A DNA stretch of 64,000 nucleotides from an uncultured Phycisphaerales bacterium (GCA_963772725.1 CAVYYI010000005.1:1-64000), one strand, 5' to 3'; positions 1-11,208 are shown, numbered from the stretch's first letter. The notes: a model not told the origin generated them from the letters alone. A program made the numbers and translations.

Positions 1-24
1 CCATTTTTCAACCGGTGTAGCCAT
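1..24 (-). CDS. 5' end of a gene running off the window (MATPVEKW...)
   Basis: ATG at 24-22 with AAGGAG SD about 10 nt upstream on the minus strand; open to the window edge. Confidence 0.55.
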
Positions 25-184
25 AATAAAATCGCTCCTTTCATATCATCTTGTTATGACTCAAAATTATAGGCTCAAAAAATCAGCGGATTTTACGATA
101 TGGATAAACCGAGGTCAACCTTTGATTTGCAAAAATAGTAATTTTTTTTCAAAGCCGCTCCCCCGGAGGTTCGACCTCGCGGCT

Positions 185-216
185 AAAAAGAAGGCCGACC
201 CCGCTCAGGTCGGCCT
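185..216 (-). terminator. Rho-independent terminator-like hairpin
   Basis: Minus strand AGGCCGACC-TGAGCGG-GGTCGGCCT followed by TCTTTTT. Confidence 0.65.
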
Positions 217-431
217 GGAAGGAGAGGATGATTAATAATTTTTAGAAGATTCAGAAATCTATAAGTTATGGCGTTACAGAGACGTGAAATGTGTCAAAAA
301 AATTACATTTTTTATATTTTTTTTACCAGCCACTCCCAATAAAGTAAGGTTATAGGCGTTTTTGATTAAAAAAAGGCATTTTAGGCTGATTCACCATAGC
401 AAAATATTTTTAATTATTTGCTAAAAAACCC

Positions 432-460
432 TTGCCCGGTACAGTTAATTTATATATAAT
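432..460 (+). promoter_or_regulatory. sigma70-type promoter for the MarR operon, overlapped by AT palindrome TTATATATAA (possible MarR operator)
   Basis: TTGCCC(432-437)-17 nt-TATAAT(455-460). Confidence 0.6.
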
Positions 461-492
461 TCACATATAAACAATATCAAGGAGAAATTAAT

Positions 493-972
493 ATGGGTCT
501 TGAACATGAACTTGGCTTAAAAAAGGGATTCAAGGTACTCGAACACGAGGCAATCCTTAACATCTATTATACCGCATCAATAATTAAAAAGCGGGCGGAC
601 GACTTTTTTCAGGAGCACGGCCTGACCGATGTTCAGTTTAATGTGCTTATGCTCTTATACACCCAGGTAAGCGACGAAGAAGGACTGAGCCAGGCGCAGC
701 TCAGCGATATGATGCTCGTAAACCGAGCCAATATTACTTCACTTATCGACCGGATGGAAAAGGCGGGGCTTGTGGTGCGGACTTCAGCCGATTCCGACAG
801 GAGATATAACATAATCAAAATGACGCAGCAGGGGAAAAAGGTCTTTGCCGAGGTTGAGCCGTTGTATGGGAAACTGGTGATAGAAACCATCTCTCCATTG
901 AAGGAGCCTGAGCAGAAAAGACTTATCGCGATGCTCGAAAAGATTCGAGGCGGTCTTGTGTCTGTTCCGTAA
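493..972 (+). CDS. MarR family transcriptional regulator
   Basis: LTDVQFNVL, LSQAQLS..VNRANITSLIDRME..GLV.R..DRR motifs; AAGGAG SD. Confidence 0.93.
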   Translation: MGLEHELGLKKGFKVLEHEAILNIYYTASIIKKRADDFFQEHGLTDVQFNVLMLLYTQVSDEEGLSQAQLSDMMLVNRANITSLIDRMEKAGLVVRTSADSDRRYNIIKMTQQGKKVFAEVEPLYGKLVIETISPLKEPEQKRLIAMLEKIRGGLVSVP

Positions 973-1042
973 GGAAATAATAAAATCTGACTTCGGCGCG
1001 CTTAGTTGAGCCGGGGTTGAAATTTTTTAAGGAGTAAAAAAA

Positions 1043-3771
1043 ATGGAAGGATTTTTTGTGCTTCTGGTCATACTGATTGTGGGCTGTGTTATTTGCGGTC
1101 CAATAGCCTTGATAGTCAGTATTTACGGGCTGAACAAAATAAACAGCTTGTCTCGGGAAAATCGAGGACAGGGAAAATTGGTTACAGACATTTTTCCTGA
1201 GAAACCCTTGAAGTGGCCGACGACAACGGTGGAAAAACCTGTTATACAGAAAGAGCCGCAGATCAAACCTGTTGAGCCGCCGATGGTAAAACCTGTTTTT
1301 CAGCCTTTAGCGGATGAAATCAGGCAGCAGATTAAAACCACGTTTGAGGCGCCTGTCAAAGAAGCCGCGGAGATATACAAGGGAACGAAAACTCTCGAGC
1401 AGCAGATAGGGACAAAATGGGTTTTAATTGCCGGTGTTCTTGCGGTGCTGTTCGGAGTGGGCTTCTTTCTCAAATATGCTTATGACAGCGGCTACATCGG
1501 GCCTTGGGGAAGGGTCATTATCGCTGCATTCTGCGGCATGGTCGCACTGGCATTAGGTGAAATCACACGCAGGAGAGGTTATGGCGTTACCGCAAAAGGT
1601 GTAACAGCGATGGGATTTGCCATACTTTACGCGGCGGTGTTTTCAGCGTATCGGCTGTATCATTTGATACCGCCGGCGCCTGCGTTTATTCTCGCGATAA
1701 TCGTAACCGCCTCAGCGATGTTGTATGCGGTTGTTCTTGATGAGATGCTTATCGCGGTTTTATCCCTGCTGGGCGGTTTTCTGACACCGGTAATAGTTTC
1801 CACCGGCGAAAATCTGCCTCATCAATTGCTCGGCTATGTTCTGATACTCGGGACAGGCGCGATATTTGCGCATCTTACCGCAGATGGCGAGCAGTAAATT
1901 TAATAGCCTTTGCGGGGACATTTTTACTTTATATCGGCTGGTTCGAGAAGTTTTACCGTCCGGCGATGAGGGACATCGGTGAGCCTGAGCAAATGGACAT
2001 TGCCCTGGGGTGGCTTGGTGTGTTTTTCGCCGTTTATCTTGTGCTGCCGCTGCTTTACCAACTTTTGAAAAAGGCCTCAACATACAAAGAAGATGTGCTG
2101 CTGGTTCTGTCAAACGCAGTGATAACTTTTTATTATCTATGGACGATTTTATTTGCGAATTATCGAACGGAACTGGCCTTTTGCGCAGTCGGACTTTGCG
2201 TGGTGCATCTTGTTATGATGGCGATTGTTTCAAAAAGAATGCCCGCGGATATTAACGCCAGGCTTGCACTTCTTGCGATAGGATTATTTTTCCTGACAAT
2301 CGCGATTCCGCTGTATTTCAGGATGTATTCGGTGGCGATGGCCTGGTCGTGCGAGGCGGTGGTACTGCTGATAATTGCCCTGCGATATCGAAGCACGCTT
2401 ACACAGGTTGCCTCAGCGGCGGCATTTATTTTAAGTATTCTGCGGCTTATGTGGCAGCTTCCATTGCACTCGGCAGCTTTTAAACTGGTTTTTAATGAGG
2501 CTTTCGGTTCCTGGCTCTTTGTCGCGATTATGCTTTATTTCGCTCATATTTTATACAGAAGCAATCTTGAACTGCCGGAAGAATTGAAAAAATATCTCGC
2601 TCAGGTTTTTTACGCAACCGCGGGCATAGTTTTGCTGGCCGCGATGACTATGGAGTGGAACTGGCATTGCCGATATAATCTCGCGGTCAATATTGAAAGT
2701 TATGCCTCAAAAGGGCAGATGGTGATATTTACCATTATGATGCTGCTCTTTGTCCTGCGGCCGTTATATCCAAAAGGGAAATTGTCAATGGCACTGGGGT
2801 TAATATTTGTGGCGGCTGGTTCGATATCCGCGATAGTTGCTGTGTGGCATTTACATAATGCAAAATTCACCGCGTTTGCGAATGTTGATTTTATGCTTGT
2901 GCTGGGGTTTATCGCAGCGGTTTTGATTTACCATATTAAATACCGTTTTTTCCCTGACGATAAAGAGATTTTAACAGATACTCTTTCCGAGATTCTGTAT
3001 GGTTTAGCTGGTGCGATGCTTCTATTTGCGATTTGCGCGGAATGGTACTATTACTGCGAATATAACGTGATATCCAAGTCCGGGAGCTATGTTGCGAAAG
3101 GCTTAGCCGTAATATTCGCCGTGATGATGCCGGTTTTTGTAATGCGTCCGCTTAGCCCGAAAGGGGTTGTCGGCAGGCTCCTTGCGGCGATTCTCGCTGC
3201 CGGGGGGTCTATTTTTATAATCAACGCATTTACAAGTTTTCATACGAACAGTTTCACAATTTTTGGCAATATCGATTTCGCGATAGCGATGGTTTTTGTG
3301 GCGTCGATTTTCGCGGTGAGTCTGGTTTGCCGCCGCCAAAAAGAGGAAAAATATTCAAAGGAATTTTCCGCCTTTTTGGGGATTCTCGGGGTAGTTGTGC
3401 TATGGGTACTTATGACGCAGGAAATATATGAGTTCTGGTATTGCAAAAATCGTTACGCAGGCGAGGTCGCGAACTGGAATTTCCTGGCGAATATGTATAT
3501 CTCCGTGATGTGGGCGGTTTATGCTTTCGTCTTAATGTTGGTCGGCTTCTGGAAGAATATCGGAATCATGAGGTATATGTCACTCGGCCTGTTCGCGCTG
3601 CTGCTCGGTAAGGTTTTTATCTTCGATATGGCGACCGTTAAAAGCGTTTACCGCGTAGCTGCCTTTATGGCAACCGGCATTACACTTGTTGGCGTCTCTT
3701 ATCTTTATCAGTATCTCAGGAAAAAAGGCTTCTTCGAGGTAAAAACATTAACCTCAAAGGACCCTGATTAA
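1043..3771 (+). CDS. DUF2339-family polytopic membrane protein, split by a 1-bp frameshift near 1866
   Basis: LEQQIGTKW..GVGFFLKYAY..IGP.GR N-terminal signature; C-terminal KVFIFD..YRV.AF; frames join as GAIF-CASYRRWRAVNL. Confidence 0.85.
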
Positions 3772-3785
3772 TCGGAAAGATAAAA

Positions 3786-5189
3786 ATGGCAAATGGCGAA
3801 TGGAGATATCGGCTGGCCGGGGTGTTCAGCGGGCTGTTGCTGCTTGTCGGGAATATTTATCCAGCGATGGCCTTATTACGAGTGGGGGCTTTTTTGCCGG
3901 TTTTGTATCTTGCTGCGGGCGAAAATAAAACCAGCCGTTATATGCTTATCGCGGGTTTATATATGGGGCTTCTTTATACGCTGCCGCAGATGATTATTCT
4001 TCGTTTGCCTGCTTTGATGACGCTGATTATTTTATCGCAAATGCTTTTTGTAATGTGTGCGTTTGCGTGGGGCAGCGCGATGCTTTTACGTGGAACACCG
4101 CCGGTTTTAGGTGCGATTGCAGCAGGGGCGTTGCTGGCTGTACTCAACTGGTTGAATTTTACGGTGATTCCTATATGGGGGACTGCTCAGTCGCTGGCGA
4201 GGCCGTGGTCGTATTATCCGGTTTTAATTAGTTTTGTTTCATATACGGGGATTACCGGGATTAATTTTTTCCTTGTTGCGATTCAGGCTTTGGCGGTGAA
4301 CTTTTTTACGCGGCCTAAAGCGCGACGAAGAATAATCCTTGCAGCGGCAAGCATCTTATTGATTTTTGCGTTTGCGGATTTGGCTGTTATGTTTCCAAAG
4401 CCAACAGGTAAGCTCAAGGTGGCGGCTATCGGCTGGAAATCCGAGGATGCGGGAGAGGCTGGTATGATTTTCTCGGAAAAACATTTTAATAAACTATTCG
4501 CTGAACCGACGGCATTGGCGGCTAAACAAGGCGCTAGATTAATAGTCTTGCCTGAACTTTGTTTTTGGTTTGCGGAAAGTGACCGTCAGGAATGGCTCGA
4601 TAAAATCGTCAAGGTCGCTCGGGAAAATAATATTTTTCTGGTGGTTGGTTATTTTGATGAGCCAGCTAATGAAAATAAGCTTCTTTTTATGAATCCGCAG
4701 GGCGAGGTTCTCTTGGAATATACGAAGACATATCTTACGGTCTTTGAGTCTTTTCGCAAAGGCTCAGGCGAGTTGAAAACAATTGAGGTCGATGGGATAA
4801 AGGTTGGCGGTATGATTTGTCAGGATGACAATTTCACGGCTTTATCGCGACGGTACGGCAGGGAAAAATGCGGAATCGTCGCTGTCCCCACACTCGATTG
4901 GCGGCAGGTCAAGGATGCTCATTTTCAAAACAGTATCAATAGGGCGATTGAATCGCGGTATGCAATTGTTCGTGCGGCTTTAAACGGCGTAAGTGCAATC
5001 ATATCACCGCACGGCGAAATCCTCGCCCTTAAAGACCATTTCACACAGGGTTCAGGTTTTATCGCGGCGGAAGTTCCCGTTTATTCACAGCGAACTCTTT
5101 TCAGCCTCGCCGGCCACTGGCCTGTAATACTATTTTGGATTTTTCTTGTTGTTTTCATTATCGAGTTCAAGGCTAAGATTAAAAATTAA
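3786..5189 (+). CDS. Apolipoprotein N-acyltransferase-like protein (TM region plus CN-hydrolase domain)
   Basis: VLPE, Y.K, ICQD triad motifs; RAIE..IVRAALNGVS. Confidence 0.8.
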   Translation: MANGEWRYRLAGVFSGLLLLVGNIYPAMALLRVGAFLPVLYLAAGENKTSRYMLIAGLYMGLLYTLPQMIILRLPALMTLIILSQMLFVMCAFAWGSAMLLRGTPPVLGAIAAGALLAVLNWLNFTVIPIWGTAQSLARPWSYYPVLISFVSYTGITGINFFLVAIQALAVNFFTRPKARRRIILAAASILLIFAFADLAVMFPKPTGKLKVAAIGWKSEDAGEAGMIFSEKHFNKLFAEPTALAAKQGARLIVLPELCFWFAESDRQEWLDKIVKVARENNIFLVVGYFDEPANENKLLFMNPQGEVLLEYTKTYLTVFESFRKGSGELKTIEVDGIKVGGMICQDDNFTALSRRYGREKCGIVAVPTLDWRQVKDAHFQNSINRAIESRYAIVRAALNGVSAIISPHGEILALKDHFTQGSGFIAAEVPVYSQRTLFSLAGHWPVILFWIFLVVFIIEFKAKIKN

Positions 5190-5227
5190 CCACGAATGCA
5201 CACGAATTAACACAGTGCTGCGGTTAA
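5186..5227. repeat. Short palindromic intergenic repeat with 9-nt periodic units between convergent stops
   Basis: TTAACCACGAATGCACACGAATTAACACAGTGCTGCGGTTAA. Confidence 0.55.
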
Positions 5228-8166
5228 TTGTTTATAAGATTTAATGTGATTTTTACGAAATCGTTTTTGTCGTTTTTAAGAAAAACTTTCGCCTGCTGCG
5301 GTGAGGCGAGGGCGGTGTTTGCGCGGACTTTCCAGCTTTTATCATTAAAAAGTTTTTCAAGTTCATCCTGGGGCCATTTGTATCCGGCTTTTGTTAATTG
5401 CCAAACACAATAAGCACGAAGATTAGCATCATCGGTATTCAGAGCATTTTTTAACAGGGGTATCGAATGTTCGTTCAGGTGCGGAGATATTACAAGACGA
5501 AGTTGCGATGCGGCCTGTTGAGGCATTTGAAGTTCTTTAGCAATTTTATTTAATGCTGAGAAGTTGGGAGATAAAACCGGTTTGGTCAAAAGTTCGGTTC
5601 CGCACATGAGTTTGAAGATGTTTTCAGCTATTTCTGTATCGGCAAATTTTGCGAGACAATTTTCAATGTCATAAGAGGCATAGGCATTTCCTGAAGTTAT
5701 GTCGTCATATTTAGTTTTATCGAGATATGCCTTTAAAACCTGTGTTGCTCTGGGGCAAGGCAGACTATTTAGACCTTTAAAAAATTCAGAAGAATTATAA
5801 TGAATCGCATCCGGGACAATAAACATACCAGGAGCAAATAGGTTGTTATTCTTAGAGATCGCAGAATCACAATTTTTTATTATATTCATAAACCTTTGCG
5901 ACGCTTCATTCGGTTCACTGAAACGGGCAAGTGCTACGGCAGCCTGGACGCAGTCGGAGAATATGTTTTCAGGCCGATTTGCCGCAGGAAAATTATCTCT
6001 ATCTATGTTGTTATAGTCATGTATAGCAAGGGCGGAGAGCTTCTGCTCAAAGATTTTTTGTAACTGAGGTTTTAGGGTTTTATCTCCTGCGGCAGCTCTT
6101 GCAATAATAGCTTCATTAGAATTAGGATTTTTAAGCAGGTTTACAATAGTATTCCGCAAATCGGGCGGACTCTCTTTCAATAAACGACGCAATTCATCTT
6201 CTTTGGCTTCGTCTGGTTCAGTCCGATTAGACTTTGTAAAAAGTTTAGGAAAATCATTAGGCTCAGAGAAAAGAAGATAGCGAGGGTTACCCAACCTATC
6301 AGAGGCGGAATTTAAAATCTTTGTTACAAGAGCATGATAAGTCCGCTCATTGGCTGGAGGGAATGGTTTAAAATTATCTATTTGTTCTAATTTAATGGAT
6401 TGGTTAATTCGTTCTCTCATCATATAGCAGGAAAAATAAATTCCGGCCAAAAAACTGATGAAAAAGACAAGCAGATAAGGCTGGAGAAGTTTTAGAATTC
6501 TAAGCCTGGATGTTGCAATTGATTCAGTCTTACCGAAGAAGGTTAATGGAAAGGCAATAATGGTTGGGATTTTTTCGGATGGTGAACCTGCAATAATTAT
6601 CGCGGCAAAAACTACTAAAAGAATATTTGCGCATATTTTAATCCATACTAAATCGTCATGTAGATTAAATAACCCTGCGAGAAAAACTATCAAAAGAAGC
6701 AGTTGAACTATACGGTTTTTCGTAAACCACCAGCCAAACATTAATATTAACCAGAGGGCAACCGTAATCGAAAAGGAGATTATTAAAGGTAACAGTATAT
6801 CTTGCGGCGATATGATATTGAAGAAAATGGAAAGCCCGATCGCGATGCTCAAGGCAAGGAAAAAAAGGGCTCTTTTGGTACCAAACAAAAGAAACGGTTT
6901 TTTGTAAGGATTCAACATGCTTGTAAGCCAAAAACACAACCATAGTACTGAGGTTATAACGAGCAAAAACGAAGTATTTTCATACATTCTACAAGGCAGG
7001 TACTCTGACAGAAAAGCCGGGGTAGTTAAAGCGTCATTAAAAAAAACGGCCAGAATATAAAAAATAATTAATGAGGCAGGAAATAAAAGATATTCATACC
7101 ATTTTATTTTGCAGATGTTTTCTGGCTTTTTACGTATCAGTTTAAACAGAAACACGAAAATATAAAAAAGCAGCGAAAATAAAAAGCATAATGCAAAGAC
7201 AACTGCAAAAGTAGAAACGAGAATTATTAAATTGAGTCTCGGGTATTGACTGTCACTTTTATTCATTATTTCAATTAAAATATTATGTATTACTTTTGTT
7301 TTACTTAAATCGAACCGGATTTTCTGAGGGTCTATATTAAGAAAATCGAAATGCCTAATCTGAAATTCGTTTATTTTGGCCGATACAGAATTTCCTCTAA
7401 AAAGCTCATTGGATGTTTTTGCATTTTTGATATATTGGTCGGCAAATTTCTCCCCTGATTGTAAAATATACAGGGTAAATTTATAGTTAGCGTGTGTTAC
7501 TGCTGAATCAGCCATTCCAAGAATTGTTTTATAAATATCTATGTAGAAATCTCTTTCAGACCAGAAGTTTAATTGTGAAAAAGCAAATGGATTATGTTCC
7601 TTCACGCACAATGCCATAATTCTTTGATGATAGCTATCGCCGGCAGGTGTCAGGTGGCTACAGTTATTGCCGCGTTCTATTGCGGTAAGAAATGGGGCAT
7701 AATCGTTATCCTGCATGTTTAGCAGAGTGGTGTAAGCGGCAAGATAATGGAAATGGGCATTATTGGGGTCGGTGTTTATCAGTTTTTTTGCGATTAAGGA
7801 AGCTATTTTAGGATTCAGGCCGTTCCAAGCAGATGTATTGTAAGAGGGCAATATTGAAGTCGCCAGAGAAACCATAAAAAATGGGTTATCGGGATATTTT
7901 AATGCGAAGGCGGTCAGTTCGTTGAAATCTTCTGCAGCAAGATATTCAGCAACGTCCGCGGCGATGGGGTCGGTTTGACGGACTTTGGGGGAGAACAGGG
8001 GCTTTTTCAAAGTGGGGAAAAGATCGTCTTCGGTTATTTGCAGTTTTTTAGCTGAGGCGTATATATGCCATATAGCGGTCAGGTTTGGTATCTGCCAAAT
8101 GGTAAGACCGATACAGCAGAGAATGATTATTAGCCGAATTATAGTTTTGCGACTCATATTGGTCAT
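5224..8166 (-). CDS. Hypothetical 980-aa membrane protein with C-terminal HEAT-like repeats
   Basis: N-terminal TM, central multi-TM block, LKNALNTDDANLRAY / LFNDKSWKVRANTAL repeats; AT-rich. Confidence 0.75.
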   Translation of the reverse strand: MTNMSRKTIIRLIIILCCIGLTIWQIPNLTAIWHIYASAKKLQITEDDLFPTLKKPLFSPKVRQTDPIAADVAEYLAAEDFNELTAFALKYPDNPFFMVSLATSILPSYNTSAWNGLNPKIASLIAKKLINTDPNNAHFHYLAAYTTLLNMQDNDYAPFLTAIERGNNCSHLTPAGDSYHQRIMALCVKEHNPFAFSQLNFWSERDFYIDIYKTILGMADSAVTHANYKFTLYILQSGEKFADQYIKNAKTSNELFRGNSVSAKINEFQIRHFDFLNIDPQKIRFDLSKTKVIHNILIEIMNKSDSQYPRLNLIILVSTFAVVFALCFLFSLLFYIFVFLFKLIRKKPENICKIKWYEYLLFPASLIIFYILAVFFNDALTTPAFLSEYLPCRMYENTSFLLVITSVLWLCFWLTSMLNPYKKPFLLFGTKRALFFLALSIAIGLSIFFNIISPQDILLPLIISFSITVALWLILMFGWWFTKNRIVQLLLLIVFLAGLFNLHDDLVWIKICANILLVVFAAIIIAGSPSEKIPTIIAFPLTFFGKTESIATSRLRILKLLQPYLLVFFISFLAGIYFSCYMMRERINQSIKLEQIDNFKPFPPANERTYHALVTKILNSASDRLGNPRYLLFSEPNDFPKLFTKSNRTEPDEAKEDELRRLLKESPPDLRNTIVNLLKNPNSNEAIIARAAAGDKTLKPQLQKIFEQKLSALAIHDYNNIDRDNFPAANRPENIFSDCVQAAVALARFSEPNEASQRFMNIIKNCDSAISKNNNLFAPGMFIVPDAIHYNSSEFFKGLNSLPCPRATQVLKAYLDKTKYDDITSGNAYASYDIENCLAKFADTEIAENIFKLMCGTELLTKPVLSPNFSALNKIAKELQMPQQAASQLRLVISPHLNEHSIPLLKNALNTDDANLRAYCVWQLTKAGYKWPQDELEKLFNDKSWKVRANTALASPQQAKVFLKNDKNDFVKITLNLINN

Positions 8167-8238
8167 TATATATCCTGAAGTTCTATAGTATCAAGAAGAA
8201 ATTCTAATACGACTTGAATTCAGGTTTATAAAGCCAAA

Positions 8239-9444
8239 TCAATAAACGTCTGATAAGGCGGCGTTATCGACTTTGTTTCGCATAAGCGCGTATATTATGG
8301 TATTGGCGGAAAAATAAAAGCTAATCAGAAACGCCGCGAGCAGGCCGACAATCAGCAGTGAGAAAATATGTATGAAAAACGCGCCGCCGATTTCGGACCA
8401 GTTGCCTGACATTGGTATGGCCGAAACAAGACGAGCGAAGCTCGGCTCAGGCCATATCGCCGTTAACTTATCGGCAGTCTGTGTGCCTTTGACCCAGATG
8501 CCGACGGCAAGAAATGAGCGAACGGAATAGAGGATTAAAAAGCCAAAAAATCTTACAAACAGGTAACAGATTGCTCCGTATATCGCCGCGACAATTGTAT
8601 AAAAACCCATCCGCCAAGGTTTGGCGAAAATGTAACTGAAGGAACGGCTCAGCGAATCGAAACTGTCGGAGCCGTCATAAGCGACCGCCGGAAACATCAG
8701 GCTAAAGCCCGCCACCGTACCTATTAAAATAAGGGCGATAACGGCGCCAGCCATAATCGCCGGCAGCATCGAAACTCCGATTATCAATTCACCCGCCCAG
8801 GGAATATTGCCAATCAGTCCGAGGATAACAACGCAGGCTCCGACAGCGGCAATGATGCCGAACGGCACCAAAGGAGCTGTGAAAAAACTCATAAACCTTT
8901 TCGAGGTGAACATCACGGCCTCGCCGAGACCGGGTTTTTCATTTCTGGCGAACTCCACCGCCGCGATGCGGCTTATGCTCCCGCCCGCAAACGAAACGAC
9001 CGCAAGTGTTATCGTGAAAAAAATAATACAATAAATATAGTGGTATTCGAAAGCCCAGGCGAGGGCTTTAAAGCAATCGAAAAAATTATTTTTTACCTGC
9101 ATATAATTAAAGGCGAATATCGCTTCGATTGTGTTTTGAAGTTTTGCTGTCGCGAAGTCCCAGAGTGCGGCAAAGACGCCGACAAATTTGCCTCTTGGTG
9201 CTGAGATGTCCATAAAGGTTTTCATCTGGCTATAATTATCCACATAAACCTGGAGCTGAGTAGCTCTGCCGCTGGTAAGGACGCTTTTTTTCAGGTCCAT
9301 GAGCCAGCCAGTCAGGCATATAACGCATACAGCGGCAAAAGCGATTATCATTTTGCTGGGCTGAATGGCCATACGAAATGACTTGAATAATTTTGTGAAC
9401 AAAAAATTACCGCAAATCTGAGCGTTTCCTGTTTCGGCACTCAT
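8239..9444 (-). CDS. Hypothetical integral membrane protein
   Basis: 401-aa ORF with several TM helices; AAGGA SD. Confidence 0.75.
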   Translation of the reverse strand: MSAETGNAQICGNFLFTKLFKSFRMAIQPSKMIIAFAAVCVICLTGWLMDLKKSVLTSGRATQLQVYVDNYSQMKTFMDISAPRGKFVGVFAALWDFATAKLQNTIEAIFAFNYMQVKNNFFDCFKALAWAFEYHYIYCIIFFTITLAVVSFAGGSISRIAAVEFARNEKPGLGEAVMFTSKRFMSFFTAPLVPFGIIAAVGACVVILGLIGNIPWAGELIIGVSMLPAIMAGAVIALILIGTVAGFSLMFPAVAYDGSDSFDSLSRSFSYIFAKPWRMGFYTIVAAIYGAICYLFVRFFGFLILYSVRSFLAVGIWVKGTQTADKLTAIWPEPSFARLVSAIPMSGNWSEIGGAFFIHIFSLLIVGLLAAFLISFYFSANTIIYALMRNKVDNAALSDVY

Positions 9445-9582
9445 TTTGTTTCTTTCCTTTCAAATCCAAAGCAAGCCTGCCCGTACACACTGTTTTCCAA
9501 AACTTTTAAGGCAGGCAGCGATATTATACTTCACAATACCCGGTTTACAATGATTTTTACGCGCCTTTTGAGGTTCCTGAAA

Positions 9583-9765
9583 TTACTGCTTAATATCATT
9601 TTCATCGGTGGGTTTGGAGATTATTTTGTAATCGGCGTCAAGCCACGCTCCCAAATCAATGAGCTTGCACCGCTGTGAACAAAATGGGAAAAAACCTTTA
9701 TCAGGTTCTTCGACGGATGGGGCTTTTACAATTTTTTTGCAGATAGGACATTTATATTTTTTCAT
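9583..9765 (-). CDS. yacG: DNA gyrase inhibitor YacG
   Basis: CPIC...FFPFCSQRCKLIDLGAWL. Confidence 0.93.
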   Translation of the reverse strand: MKKYKCPICKKIVKAPSVEEPDKGFFPFCSQRCKLIDLGAWLDADYKIISKPTDENDIKQ

Positions 9766-9785
9766 ACGAGGATATACGTCGGATT

Positions 9786-10217
9786 TTATTTTTTTGCCTT
9801 GCCCTGTTCGAGCCTGCGGGCGTATTCAATACTGTATCTCGCCCAGGGTTTGGCTTCAAGCCGTGCCCTTGCTATCAGCTCACCGGTACCTTCGCAGAGA
9901 CCATAAATGCCCGCCTCGATGCGTGCCAGGGCATCGTCGATTTCTTTGAGCAGTTCCCGCTCACTGCCCATAAGCCCCAGAGAAAACTCCTGCTCGTATG
10001 TATCACTGCCCATATCCGCCATGTGGATTGGCATACTGGATAAATCGCCGGACGCGTCCGACCGCGATTTTCTTAGGGTCTCATCCTGCATCTCATTGAC
10101 GCTTCCGACTATCTCATGACGCTTTTCAAGCAGCAGTTTCTTAAAATGTTCAACATCGGTTTTAGTCAGCTTTTCAGCCGCTGCTGGTGATATAACTTTT
10201 TTATGTTTCTGTTCCAT
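9786..10217 (-). CDS. TraR/DksA family transcription factor, one-Cys type
   Basis: PIHMADMGSD..EIDDALARIEAGIYGLCEGTGE.I..ARLEAKPWA; likely start ATG 10217. Confidence 0.9.
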   Translation of the reverse strand: MEQKHKKVISPAAAEKLTKTDVEHFKKLLLEKRHEIVGSVNEMQDETLRKSRSDASGDLSSMPIHMADMGSDTYEQEFSLGLMGSERELLKEIDDALARIEAGIYGLCEGTGELIARARLEAKPWARYSIEYARRLEQGKAKK

Positions 10218-10354
10218 ACCTTTACCGCCTCGCTCCAAATAAGCATTTTTTTACTAATCCGCAAAACATCCATTATATTATAAATTACGCTAAAGTACAC
10301 AACTTTGTTGCCGACAAAAATCCCGCAGGCGGATAATCAGCGTTTAAATATTCT

Positions 10355-11167
10355 TTAAATTTGGTTGCAGCTTTCTGGGTTATTATCTTGTGCGAACTTG
10401 CCCAGGGGGAGGAAAAACTTATGTTTGCCAGTGCTGCCAACAAATGTTTTTACGCCGAAAACATTTGTAATTTGCTCCTGCTGGAAAACATCGTCAGGCC
10501 TGCCTATGCGATACCCCTTGTCGCCCCCCAGCAGCAAAACCTCATCGCAGTATTGCGGCACGAGGTTTATATCGTGAGTAACAAGCAGAATCGTTTTATT
10601 TGCTTCGAGCTGCATTTTTTTGAGCAGGTCATAGACGACCACCTGATGTTTCAAATCAAGAAAACTTGTCGGCTCATCCAGCAGAAGGATATCGGTATTC
10701 TGAGCAAAGGCCCTGGCGATAAAAACCCGCTGCCGCTCGCCTCCGCTGAGCTGGTTAAGTGAACGGGAGGCGAAGCGCATCGTATCGGTGTCCTCAAGAG
10801 CTTTATTAACTATTTCAATATCGAGTTTGCTCTCAAAACCACCAGACGCAAAGTAAGGCGTTCTGGCCATCATAACCGTGTCAAAAACCGAAAAATCGAA
10901 AACAGGCACAAATTCCTGCCTGACAACAGCCGCTTTCGAGGCGAGTTTTTCTACGCTGTACGATTCTATCGGCTTTGAGTCGATTGTTATGGTTCCGTCA
11001 TTTGGTTTGAGCACCGCACACAGTAAATTAAGCAGTGTGCTTTTGCCCGAACCATTCGGCCCAACTATCGCAAAAAACTGCCCACGTCCAACGTCAAAAA
11101 ACAAATCGCGCAGCACCTGCGTCTCCGCGTAACCGAAACTTAAATGACTTACATTTATAATGCTCAT
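10355..11167 (-). CDS. Iron-chelate/cobalamin ABC transporter ATPase
   Basis: GPNGSGKST, LSGGERQR, LLLDEPT, THD. Confidence 0.92.
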   Translation of the reverse strand: MSIINVSHLSFGYAETQVLRDLFFDVGRGQFFAIVGPNGSGKSTLLNLLCAVLKPNDGTITIDSKPIESYSVEKLASKAAVVRQEFVPVFDFSVFDTVMMARTPYFASGGFESKLDIEIVNKALEDTDTMRFASRSLNQLSGGERQRVFIARAFAQNTDILLLDEPTSFLDLKHQVVVYDLLKKMQLEANKTILLVTHDINLVPQYCDEVLLLGGDKGYRIGRPDDVFQQEQITNVFGVKTFVGSTGKHKFFLPLGKFAQDNNPESCNQI

Positions 11168-11208
11168 ATCAATTAATCACCTGTTCAACTGCTCTATTGC
11201 TCTCCTGT

